From the NCBI GenBank assembly GCA_964016885.1, contig OZ024752.1, positions 36,208,001 to 36,272,000 on the forward strand: a DNA stretch of 64,000 nucleotides, read 5' to 3'. The DNA is from Eledone cirrhosa (taxonomy: Eukaryota). Below, piece by piece: positions 1 through 10,800 of this stretch. The translations under genes were made by a program, and so were the position numbers. The notes below the pieces were generated by a model. That model ran no database searches, had not been told where the DNA came from, and saw only the letters and a list, made by a program, of their open reading frames with translations. Numbering within the stretch: the stretch's first letter is position 1; every line of letters starts with the position of its first letter.

Positions 1-490
1 ATGTGAATTCATTTTCCAATTCTCAAAAAGAATAACAAAATGTATTCACATTTATTTATAATTTATTTGAGATTTTCTAATATCATCATCATTTCACATG
101 TTTTGTTTTTTCTATACTGGTATAGGCTGGAAGGTTTGATACAGAGAATTTAGTACATTATTGGAGTTACTGTCCTCTTAGATGGGTCAGGGGACCACAT
201 ATTGTTTAGATATCTACTATTTGTCATCATTTATATGGTGGGATGCCCCTCTTAATGCCAGCCAACCACTTTACAAATGTATTGGGTATATTTTATTGAG
301 ACACCATTACTAGAAAGATTATTGTGTCATTGTTACATCTGAAGAATCTCATTTTACCCTTTCTTGGTATGGTTTCTATAGCCAGACACCCCTCCCAATG
401 CTAACCACTTTATTTATTATATATATATACTTCGTTTTTTAATTTGTTTTGTTACATTTTTTATGTCAAATCATGTGTAGAAACAGTTTT

Positions 491-772
491 ATATTTTGGT
501 AGGGCCATGTTGCCAATAAAAACACATGCACTATTTATATTTCACTTTGACATGATGAAATAACTAGACCAATAAACAGAGAGATGACATGGAGAGCCAA
601 AATAGTCATTGAGAAGGCGATGTGACTAAATAGCTTTGATTATTAAATGACCCCCTACCCCTGGTTACTAACTTAACCGAGGAACGGATTAGTTAGCTTA
701 CTAATAAATAAAACCGAAGCGAAACTCAACTGACGCATGTGTTTTTATTGGAAGCATGACCCTCTCAAAGTA
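491..772. mobile_element. MITE with ~38-bp imperfect TIRs
   Basis: ATATTTTGGTAGGGCCATGTTGCCAATAAAAACACATGC / GCATGTGTTTTTATTGGAAGCATGACCCTCTCAAAGTAT. Confidence 0.6.
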
Positions 773-805
773 TTATACATAATGCATATACATTATGTAT
801 ATATA

Positions 806-937
806 TATATAAAATACATGGCAAACTGGTGCATATCTTTCTAGGTACTCAAAGTTTCCCGAAGCAAGTTGATCTTACTTCAGGGAACCTTCGTGTATCT
901 AGGAAGATATGCGCCAGTTTGCCATGTATTTTATATA
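806..937. repeat. ~130-bp near-perfect palindrome
   Basis: TATATAAAATACATGGCAAACTGG...CCAGTTTGCCATGTATTTTATATA; ~63-bp arms, 5-nt loop. Confidence 0.85.
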
Positions 938-1033
938 ATATAGTATATTTAGTATTTTATATACTATAGTATATTACATATTGAGGGCTCTTTCTTTAGT
1001 GATTACAACCACCATTCAGGCAACTATATATGT

Positions 1034-1368
1034 CATCATCATCATCATTTCATTTTACGTCCGCTTTTTCCCTGCTTGCAAGGGTGGGACGGGAACTGAT
1101 TCTGGCTTGATTTCTACAGCTGGATGCCCTTCCCAACACCAACCTCATTTTACAGTAAGTGGTGGGTGCTTTTTTGCCGTGGCACCTGCACGACCACTTT
1201 GCAGTGGAATGGGGTCCCTATCATCTCATTTCTACAGCTGAGTAAACTGGAGCAATGTGAAATAAAGTGTCTTGCTCAAGGAAACAACACATCACCCGGT
1301 CTGAGAATTGAACTCACAACCTTTCGATTGCAAGGCCAATGCTCTAACCACTAAGCCATGTGCCTCCA
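1034..1368 (-). mobile_element. tRNA-derived SINE family A (RTE-type tail)
   Basis: Head with A box TGGCTTAGTGG and B box GAGTTCAATTC, core CCTTGAGCAAGACACTT..TTGCTCCAGT..ACTCAGCTG, tail GGACGTAAAA(TGA)n. Confidence 0.88.
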
Positions 1369-1487
1369 TGTATATATTTATATAATTGAATATATGAGAG
1401 AGATGAACTCAGATATAAGTATACATGTGTTCCAATTGCAAAGGACCAAGATAGGTTGCCCAATATAGGTTTATTTTTATTGATTTA

Positions 1488-2137
1488 CTAGCAGTAAAGC
1501 TCGGGGTCGCTCAGTAGCTGTGTTAAAGTTACAATGTTAAGTTTCTTTTTTGGCTTAAAGTCTGTCTGCACGACTGTCTGTCTGCACGCCTAACGAAATT
1601 TACAGATACATATATTTTAAATAAACTTATATAATTTTTGCTTTTTTTTACGAAATATTTGCTTGTTTTACGTAGTCTTTAAATAGACTTGTTTTCAAGT
1701 AAAAATATTGTTTTAAAAGGCTTTTAAATGGAAATGAAGCAAAACGGAAGCTTAGTGTTCGAACTTATGAATTTTGCAGGTCAAAATTTTGCTGGCTCGA
1801 CAACTGTTCGTGTATTGTGTTAATGTCATTTTAAACGCTGAGAAAGCCAGCGTAATTTTTTTAATTTTTGCACGCAGAAAATGTAAACAGAACGTAAGAC
1901 GCTCAATGTAAACAGAACAAAGGGAAATAACTCGTCACTTACGCTCAAAAATCGATACATTAGATTCGATTTCGTCACATAGGGTGGGTCAATTTGAAAT
2001 ATTTTTTTTCCGATGTCTTCGCTAGGGCTCAATGTACAAGTATAGCAATTTCGGTGCAATTCCGCGAGAGATTCTAAGAGGAGATGTGTGTCAAAAATCG
2101 ATAGACAGACAGACAACCACAGTTTTATATATATAGA
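1488..2137 (-). mobile_element. Non-autonomous Helitron-like element
   Basis: Minus strand reads A|TCTATATATATAAAA...(CTGT)n...GC-rich subterminal segment...CTAG|T, with no TSD. Confidence 0.7.
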
Positions 2138-2456
2138 TTACTTTAAATCGAGTCAGGCAAACCATATTGTTTTAAGTTAGTATTTTTTTCAACCTGGTTA
2201 TCTTGGTCCTTTGCAATTGGAACACATGTATACTTATATCTCTGTTCATCTCTCTCATATATTCAATTATATTACAAGGCTCGGAAAGATTCCCTTCTTT
2301 GAACTATTTAATTGTAAAAGACTATTTTGAGTTTCTAGCTCAATCTATGATATATATTTATATTTATATATAGATTCCCGAGTGGTGTCGGGTTGGGGGA
2401 TAACCACATTTCTGATGATTTCATACAAATGAAACTGTTCTAGTCCTGTAGAAGTC

Positions 2457-2488
<32 letters not shown>

Positions 2489-2703
2489 GCAAAGAGATAT
2501 TTAATTTGTTGGTAATTCAACAAATATATTTATAACATATTCGAAGCACTCAACAGGTTTTCTGGAGTATCATATCAATGATATTAATAAATGGAAACTA
2601 TATTTATAAAATTATATTTATTCTATTATATATATTTCAAAATGGAACCTAAACCGTTAAGGTCTGATTCCTGGGTATGTCACTATTTATAAAACAAATT
2701 TTG

Positions 2704-2764
2704 TATTTTATCTGATGAGAGTGTACCAAAGTTTTGGTACACTTGAAATATATATAATAGAATA
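2704..2764 (+). ncRNA. Minimal type I hammerhead ribozyme motif
   Basis: TATTTTAT-CTGATGA-GAGTGTACCAA(agtt)TTGGTACACTT-GAAA-TATATA-TA-ATAGAATA: 8-bp helix I, 11-bp helix II, palindromic helix III, AUA cleavage triplet. Confidence 0.8.
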
Positions 2765-2872
2765 AATATGGTTTTATAAATATAGCCCGTCCAAATCCAT
2801 GCAAGCGTGGAAGATGGATGTTAAACGATGATGATGAGTTTCCATTTATTAATATCATTGATATATATATAT

Positions 2873-2912
<40 letters not shown>

Positions 2913-3933
2913 GAGATGTGCGGAACAAGTAAACATTAAACAATGTTTTAAATAAATTAAAATACAATACCTATCCAAATTGCTTTTACCAACGATTTCG
3001 CCTCACAAAAGATTGGAAATCCAAAGGACTTCCAATGGAAAAGATCGGCTCCTCAGAAAGCTATTTCCATTCTATAGGACGTAAAGTCTCACATAAGTAA
3101 ATATATCGCCTACTGCCAGCTAGCATAAGGTCAAGTCGTTAAAATGACCCTAACTTGTCGTTAGTAAAAGCGAGAATATTATAGACATGTTGTTTGCCTC
3201 GCTACTAAAAATAGCAGTTAGGTGCAACGTTTTTTTCTCTACACACATGGGGAATATACATAAAATGAGATTAATATCTCCACAGGTACTAAGTACACAT
3301 GGAAATACATATATATATAAATACATATACATAAATGTATATTTTTGCATATATATATAAATGTGTGTGTGTGTACCATAAACCCTTTAGCATTTACATT
3401 ACTCCATATTTACTATTGTATTTTTGTGGTAAACGCTTCATGTCATATAATATCAATTCTGATATTTTGATATTATTTTGAGAACAATACTTTAATATCA
3501 ACATAAGTGGCCAGTTATAATTGATTTAAACAGAAAGAGGTGAGAGAATTCTGGCCGGATACAGCCGGTTTAAATGCTAAAGGGTTAAGGAAACTTCTAA
3601 AATATACCAAATTCAGTATTTTATTTTTAAACCATTTTATATTATATTATCAACATGTTTTAACAATGTTGTTATATAATTTATTATGCAAAGCTTATTT
3701 ATTAAAATGAAAAAAACAAACATATTTTTAAAATTGCAAAGAATCTCATCAAAATTTTAAATCATTGCTATAACTAATTATCCAACTTTTGGGATTTATC
3801 AGATACAAGTTAAAAGAATTGAAAATACATTCGAGGATTGTGTCAAGTTATTTATTATATTCTGAAGTTGTACTTGTTTGGTAAAATGTGTCGAATCTTG
3901 TCATGCATTTGAGGTGAGGATTTTGTTCTTATA

Positions 3934-4272
3934 TGAGGGTCTGCTGAAAAATTCATAGGCTGGCCAAGATACTCGTGGAATGACCAAATGAGATTTATTT
4001 TTCAACATAGTCCCTTGATAGAAATAATTCAGTAATTAATAAGAAGAGTTGAAATTAATGCATGCAAGATTTCATAGCTCTAACATCACTCCTTCATAGG
4101 CTGACCAAGATACTCTCATGGATTGATCAAATGAAGTTTATTTTTCAACATAGTTCCTGGAAAGAAACAATGCAGTTATTAATAAGAAGAGTTGAAATTA
4201 ATACATGCAAGATTTCACAGCTCTAGCATCATTCCTTTATAGTCAGCCTATGAACTTTTCAGCCTACCCTCG
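3934..4272. mobile_element. Tc1/mariner-type MITE with internal ~140-bp duplication
   Basis: TA|TGAGGGTCTGCTGAAAAATTCATAGGCTG ... CAGCCTATGAACTTTTCAGCCTACCCTCG|TA. Confidence 0.8.
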
Positions 4273-4530
4273 TATTTATTTTATTCCAGAATTGTACTTG
4301 TTTGACAGAAGTTGACAAATAGGATAAGTTTTTAGGATATCAGATTAAAAATAAAACACCACAGTATTTCTTCTGGCTCACTGCACTTGAGTTCAAATCC
4401 TACCAAGATCAACCTTTCCGTTCATCTTTTCAAGGTCGATAAAGTACCAGTACTGGGAGTTGATTCTTCATCTATTCCACTTTATCACTTTCTTTCTCTG
4501 GAACATATCAGCTGCTGTGTTCTGACTTAA

Positions 4531-4726
4531 CCCTTTAGCATTTACATTACTCTATATATACTATCGTATTTTTGTGGTAAAAGCTTTATCTTACGTAATT
4601 ATATAATATCGAATTTATGAGATTTTGATGTTATTTATTTTGAGAACAATACTTTAATATCGGTCTGAATGGCTAGTTTGAACAGAAAGAGGTGAGAGAA
4701 TTCTGGCCTGTTTAAATGCTAAAGGG
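4531..4726. mobile_element. piggyBac-like MITE family 1
   Basis: TTAA|CCCTTTAGCATTTA...TAAATGCTAAAGGG|TTAA. Other copies at 3383-3584, 13161-13381, 34051-34248, 51550-51765, 58375-58571. Confidence 0.82.
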
Positions 4727-5599
4727 TTAAGCAGAGATTTGTTCTACTAGGTGTAAGATAACCTAGACACATTTTGTCAGGATGGTGACTTTACACAACT
4801 CCATAATGAGAATACCCCCCCCCCCCCCCTTTTCTTTACTTGTCTGGCGAATGGCTTGATCTGAAACTTTGTGTTGAAACTAAAGCATGCAACAGTCATT
4901 TAGCCATTCAAAAACACACAAAAAACTGTCAACTTCCCTTTACATATATTTCTTGGTGTTAAAAAAAATATTTACCCCACTGTTTGTGACTTAGTCATGA
5001 AGACAGTTCCACTGTTCCAGTTGAACAAACATGTCAGTAACCAAGTCGCAAGTAGTGTGACGAAAATTTTGCCACCAAGAAATAAACGACTCTTCCACAT
5101 TGTAATTGCCTATTTATTATATATTGTCTGTTAAATGATAAAAAATGTGATATAATTGATGGAGCTTTCAATAGCAGTAACTGTGTTGCACTATTTTCTA
5201 AAATAATAAATCTACATTCTACATTTTTTCTGTGAAGAAAGATTGAAAATATTTTGTTTTACATATTTTCTTCTTTTCTATTAAGTTCTTTTGTTTTTTT
5301 TGCTTTGGATTAATTTATTTTTATGTGCCGTTGTTTTAGCGTGAACTTTAAATTAAAAATTGTTATAAGTTATTTAATAAAACGACTGAAATTTTTACTG
5401 GCAGTTTTGAGTTTTTCTTTCTTCAATAAAATCTTTTCTTTTGAGAAACATTTCCTTTTTAAATTTTACATGAAGTCACACCAGGTAGAGCCACTAGTTC
5501 TCAGCCTCAAGAGATCACAGCTCCAATTTACGGACATGTGGATAGAATGTCTAAGGAAAATATTGCAGGACAGATTTTACAGGCATCAGGCTATAACGT

Positions 5600-5996
5600 A
5601 GAGCCACTACACAAGAAAGTCACCTATCAGATAAATGCCCACTACAAAACGAATGCCTTGAATCTAATTTAGTCTATCTATGTACCATAAAATTGGGTGA
5701 CCAGGAATGGTACTACATAGGTTTTACAGCAAAAGAATTCAAAAAATATGCACTGGTATGTGCATAGGCATTCAATTAAAAACCAGACTCAAAAACAAAA
5801 TGACTCTGGCCAGTAAAAGTTGGCAGCTTGTGGATAACAAACAAGAATACCAAATATTTTGGTCTAAATTATCTAATGCCAGGGCTAACACGTACGGGTC
5901 TCCAAATGTAAATTATGTAATATGGAATTAGTTCATATTTTACAATATAACAAATTATTAAATAACAAAATAGAACGCACAATATATTGTCGGCAC
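5600..5996 (+). mobile_element. Decayed Penelope-like element GIY-YIG endonuclease remnant
   Basis: Across two frameshifts: DKCPLQNECLESNLVYLCTIK...YYIGFTAKEFK..HRHSIK/...TLASKSWQLVDNKQEYQIFWSKL..A..YGSP/KCKLCNMELVHIL...LLNNKIE....CRH. Confidence 0.75.
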
Positions 5997-6924
5997 TGAT
6001 AGGCCAACACATTTCTAAGCTACAAACCAAAATAGATGGTATTCAATCCAATACCCTATTTATATAAATACTATAATTTCCCAGACTTATAACATTTGAA
6101 AACTAGCTGCCACTAGCTAGTCTAAAATACCTCCCTTACCACTATAATGGGACGCCATGTTACACATCTATCATACCTTATCTTGCAAACATACCCATTT
6201 ATCTTCCACTAATCTCAATAACACCATAAATAATCAAAGTACTTAAGCAATCAAATACAACCCACTGCCTCATTGAAACCATTAATAATAACCCACCAAT
6301 CTAATGGCATCAAAGGAAGAACTCTTAACCAATCAGATGCAGGAGAAGCTTGTGTAAAGACACACCTACATAGAATATAAGAACACTCAATGTCACCCTC
6401 TCTTATTTTCTTCTCTTTGCATATAGTATCATTTATTATTCATTTTATAACCTACATTGTATACATCATTAGTCACTTTTATTATATTATTTTATCTTTT
6501 ATTACCCATCAAACATGTAAATCCATAATTTTATTTTGTTTTTCATCTTGATGTTTATATGACTTAGTATAAAAACGTATCGCTGGTTCCAAAACCAGTG
6601 TTTTGATAATTTGCCTGGTATAAACAGTATTTAAAACCGAATTTCACAATAACATTATAGATGACGATTTTAAGACAATCGATTACATACTAGACAATTA
6701 AACATATGTTAATGCTTGGAATAAAACCCTATTGTATAGCTTATCCGTGTTAATCTTCATTCCTTTGTTATTAATGCTCCAGGAACTGTTCAAAATCGGC
6801 CCTCTGAACAACACAACTAAGTAAACATCTTGTTGAGGCAACTAACGCCACGTGTTAAAATACTTCACAGTACAGATTACTCATAACCTCTCCTTAAACA
6901 ATATCTTGTTTACTCTGATATATC

Positions 6925-7310
6925 ATCATCATCATCGTTTCATGTCTATCTTCCACGCTAGCATGGGTTTAGATGGGAACTGATTCTGGCTTGATTTCTA
7001 CAGCTGGATGCCTTTCCTAACACCAACTTCATTTACAGTGAGTGCTGGGTGCTTCTTTTTCCATGGCGCCTACACGTCCACTTTACAGTGTGGGGTGGGT
7101 GCTTTTTTGCCGTGGCACCTCCACGACCACTTTGCAGTGGAATGATAGGGACCCTAGTCCCTATCATCTCATTTCTACAGCTGAGTAAGCTGGAGCAATG
7201 TGAAATAAAGTGTCTTGCTCAAGGAAACAACACATCACCCGGTCCGAGAATTGAACTCACAACCTTTCGATTGCAAGCCCAATGCTCTAACCACTAAGCC
7301 ATGCACCTTC
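6925..7310 (-). mobile_element. SINE family A copy (alternative tail variant)
   Basis: Same head and core; tail AACCCATGCTAGCGTGGAAG. Confidence 0.85.
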
Positions 7311-7527
7311 ACACACACACATATATATATATATATATACACACACAACTAGCATCATACATACTTGCAAAAGAATATCATACACAAAAGAAAAATGACA
7401 TAAAAAAACGTATAAAATATCAATAATAAAACATGAAATATGGGCTATGTATAAAATATTTTCTAAAAACTAAATTTTATTTTGTTTCGTTTAGGTAAAT
7501 TAAATAGGACAGGTTTCCAAAAATGGT

Positions 7528-7825
7528 TCACATAGATTGGTAATGACGGAATGGCACATAAGCATCAAAAGCTGAATGAGGTTCTGGGCTAGTGGACTGG
7601 TTAGTTAAACTGTTTAATCGGTTAAGTCTATGATGCATATTTTCAGGCACTGATGATGGCTTCCAACTAACATCTACACATGGCTTCTGTGATCTCTTGA
7701 ATTCAGCATCAGTTCCATTTGATGAATTATTTGAATTATCCAATTTCAAACCTTGCTCTTTTGATTCTTCATCATCAATATCAGGCACCGTATGAAAAGG
7801 TAAAGCTCGACTGGACATCGCTCTC
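7528..7825 (-). CDS. STK40: STK40 last coding exon (RAMSS...TVPDIDD...YQSM*)
   Basis: Acceptor at 7826-7827, TGA at 7530-7528; VPD motif. Confidence 0.88.
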
Positions 7826-10800
7826 CTGAAAAATAAATTTAGAAAGCAATGGAACTGGAAAATAAGATTTTTCTACTAAGTAAAAACAAAATACATAGTT
7901 TTAGTTACCATATTTCCCAGTGCCGAAGACGCTTTGTCCTCAAGAACGCACCCTAATTTTGACAACTAAAAATTTGGTAGATTTTTTGAGACTTATTTTA
8001 GGAAAGAGGTAGCGTCTTCGACGCCGGGAAATACAGTAATTGCCCTTTTGTTACCACCCTGGAGAAAACCGGCTCTGGTTCTATGAAAAGGTTCCCAATT
8101 TAAATTAAAATCTTCCAACATAATCTTATATAAGCACCTTACATTAAGTTGTATGTATGTATGGTACCATAACTCCTGATAAAGTTGTAGGGGCAGCGTA
8201 CTGACATACAGCGGAGCCCATGCCTTCTAGGCTTAAGTTACTATCTTAGTAATGAAATAAATAATCATTTTAGTAAATCCCTCAAAATTCTTCATTAATT
8301 AATTGAAATAAGAGTGTATTTCATTAGAAATATGGTCATGAAAGGGTTAAAGCAGCATGTTATTTGAAGGTTATGACAATTCAAAATGGACGGTAGATTT
8401 CGAAATAAATTGAAGGCAATGGATTTCATGAGATGGACAGACAAAAGAGAAGCTTGAAGGAACAACATGAAAGAGAACATGAAGGTGATCAGGAAAGGTA
8501 CAAGACAAGTTTGGACAGTAATGGAAATGAACAGGAAAGAATGGAAGGGACTTGAAGGGGAAATAGAAAATTTAGAAGAGTTTAAGTGTTTTAATAATTT
8601 TAATAACTTACCAATTAGCTATAATGACAGCCAAAGTATCAAGGACTTGCGTAGCAGTGAGTCTTGTATTAGGGTCAAGAATTAAAAGTTTCCTAATAAC
8701 CAAAATTGTGTCTTGAGATATATTGTTGTCCCTTGATGGAAAAAAAAAATAACACCAAATTATGTAATGTATAGTTAAAGTTTAAAACTGGTTTAACTTA
8801 TCTTTCATAAAATTGTAAAACAAATTAGCTTAAAAAATCTTCAGATTCAAAAATTCAAATGTACAATATTTAAAAGAAACACAAGCAATAATTTCTTACG
8901 ATGGGATGCTATATTCAGCGACTTTAATCTTTCGAAATAACTCTTGAGGTGCACTGTCATAAAACGGGAACTGTCCATAAATCATAGTGAAAAGTACTAC
9001 ACCAAGAGCCCACATATCACTTGGTTTTCCTAAATACGGTTTTCCTGAAAATATAGCGTGTATTAGATATATAATAAACAGATACATATTCTAATAAACA
9101 GATATACATATTTGTCACTAATAATTTCTTTTATATTTGATACATACACAGACAAACCACACACAAATACAATGTTAATACAACCAGACATACTTAGACA
9201 TTATCATGAACTATGTATAGACCCTTCCACCAATATATAGTGATACGCTGTATATATTTTATTTTCTAATTTGTCTACTGGTTCTCTTCTAACGAAGGAC
9301 TAACAACCGATACGTTGAACTTCTCTCTCTTTCAATCAAATCATAAACCTAATAACACTAATTGTTTTTGTATCTCTTGTTCAGCTCCCTTTTTCTTCTC
9401 TCTCCAAAACCTTCTCTTCTCTGTATTTACCTTCCAATGAAGGACTAAAGACTCTTTTTTAACTTCTTTTAAGCATTATACAAATATACCATTATTGTAA
9501 TATGGCTGGACGCCCTTCCTGACACCAACCCTCGTAGTTGCTTCTTACAACACACTAGGATTTGATGTACCTATTCTAAACCTGATCAACATCATCATCA
9601 TTTTTACATTGACTTTTCCATGTTTGTATGGATTGAACAGGACTTTTTGCGGCAATATTTCACAACCATATGCCCTTCCTCATGCCAAACCTTTTTGTCA
9701 CTTCTTACGACACTAGGATACTGTGTACCTATTCTAAACCAGATACACACATAATTTAAACTATTACTTCTTTCTATCAGAAATGGCACCCAATATCACT
9801 TAATTAAATCATCATCATCATCATTTAACGTCTATCTTCCATGCTAGTATGGGTTAGACGAGAATTGTCCCACTTGAGGCAAGATTGATCGGGTGACCGT
9901 GTCTCGCTCATATAGGACTGTATCTGGCAGGTTTTCTACGGCTGGATGCCCTTCCTAACATCAACCACATTTACAGTGTGGACTGGGAGGCTTTTTACCA
10001 TGTCGCCTACACAACCACTTTACAGCGTGGACTCATTATAATCAGTTAATTTAATAGACTGTAGCAATTAGCACTAATTAAATAAATTTCACTTACCACT
10101 CAATACATCAGGACTTATATAAGCAGGGCTTCCACGTTGATCTTTCAACAAATCTTTTTCTGACACCAAGTGTTTTCCGAGGCAAAAATTAGTGATAGTA
10201 ACCCTTCTTGATCGTTTGTTCAACACTATGTTTCCAAGTTTTAAATCACGATGCACGATATTTTTCTGAGAAAAGTTATGGATTTATAGAAAACAAAATT
10301 ACAATCTTTCAAATATAATTTAATTTGTATATTGTGTAAATGAAAAATAAATAGCTTTTTTTAAACATTTCCTTAAGAGGAAAAGAAAAAATATGAACAC
10401 CTGAACAAATAAGCCCTAGTTTAATCCTTTTGAGATGAACCCATCCAAAACCAGCTCTGTTTCTATGAAACAAAACCACACATTTTAAAGTGTTCCTATT
10501 TAAACTAAAATCTTACAACATAATTGCGTATGAGGAACTTTTGTTAATTTATGTTACAAATATCATTTTAATAATAAAATAATTCATAATTTTAGTAAAT
10601 CCCTTCAAATTCTTAATTAACTCATTAAAATGTGATGTATTTAATTAGAAATATGGTCATGAAAGTGTTAAGAAAGTATTTGTTAACTATCAGCAGATAA
10701 TTTTTAAAATAATTTTTGTTTTATGAAGCTAAAGAGAATTAGTTATCATTTATATCAGGCATGGGCGACCTTTTTTGAGCAGTGGGCCACATAGGATGTG

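Noticed and set aside
1124-1354. Recurrent ORF '...[36 protein letters not shown]' (also 7049, 12170, 50427, 56392)
   Set aside because: Antisense translation of SINE family A, not a gene family.
1295-1368. tRNA-Ala-like gene (minus strand, CTTGCAA loop)
   Set aside because: No acceptor stem; it is the head of a multi-copy SINE.
2402-2456. CTGATGA...GAAA...GTC hammerhead candidate (related sequence at ~40352)
   Set aside because: Helix I does not pair and the second copy has GAGA; at most a decayed relic.
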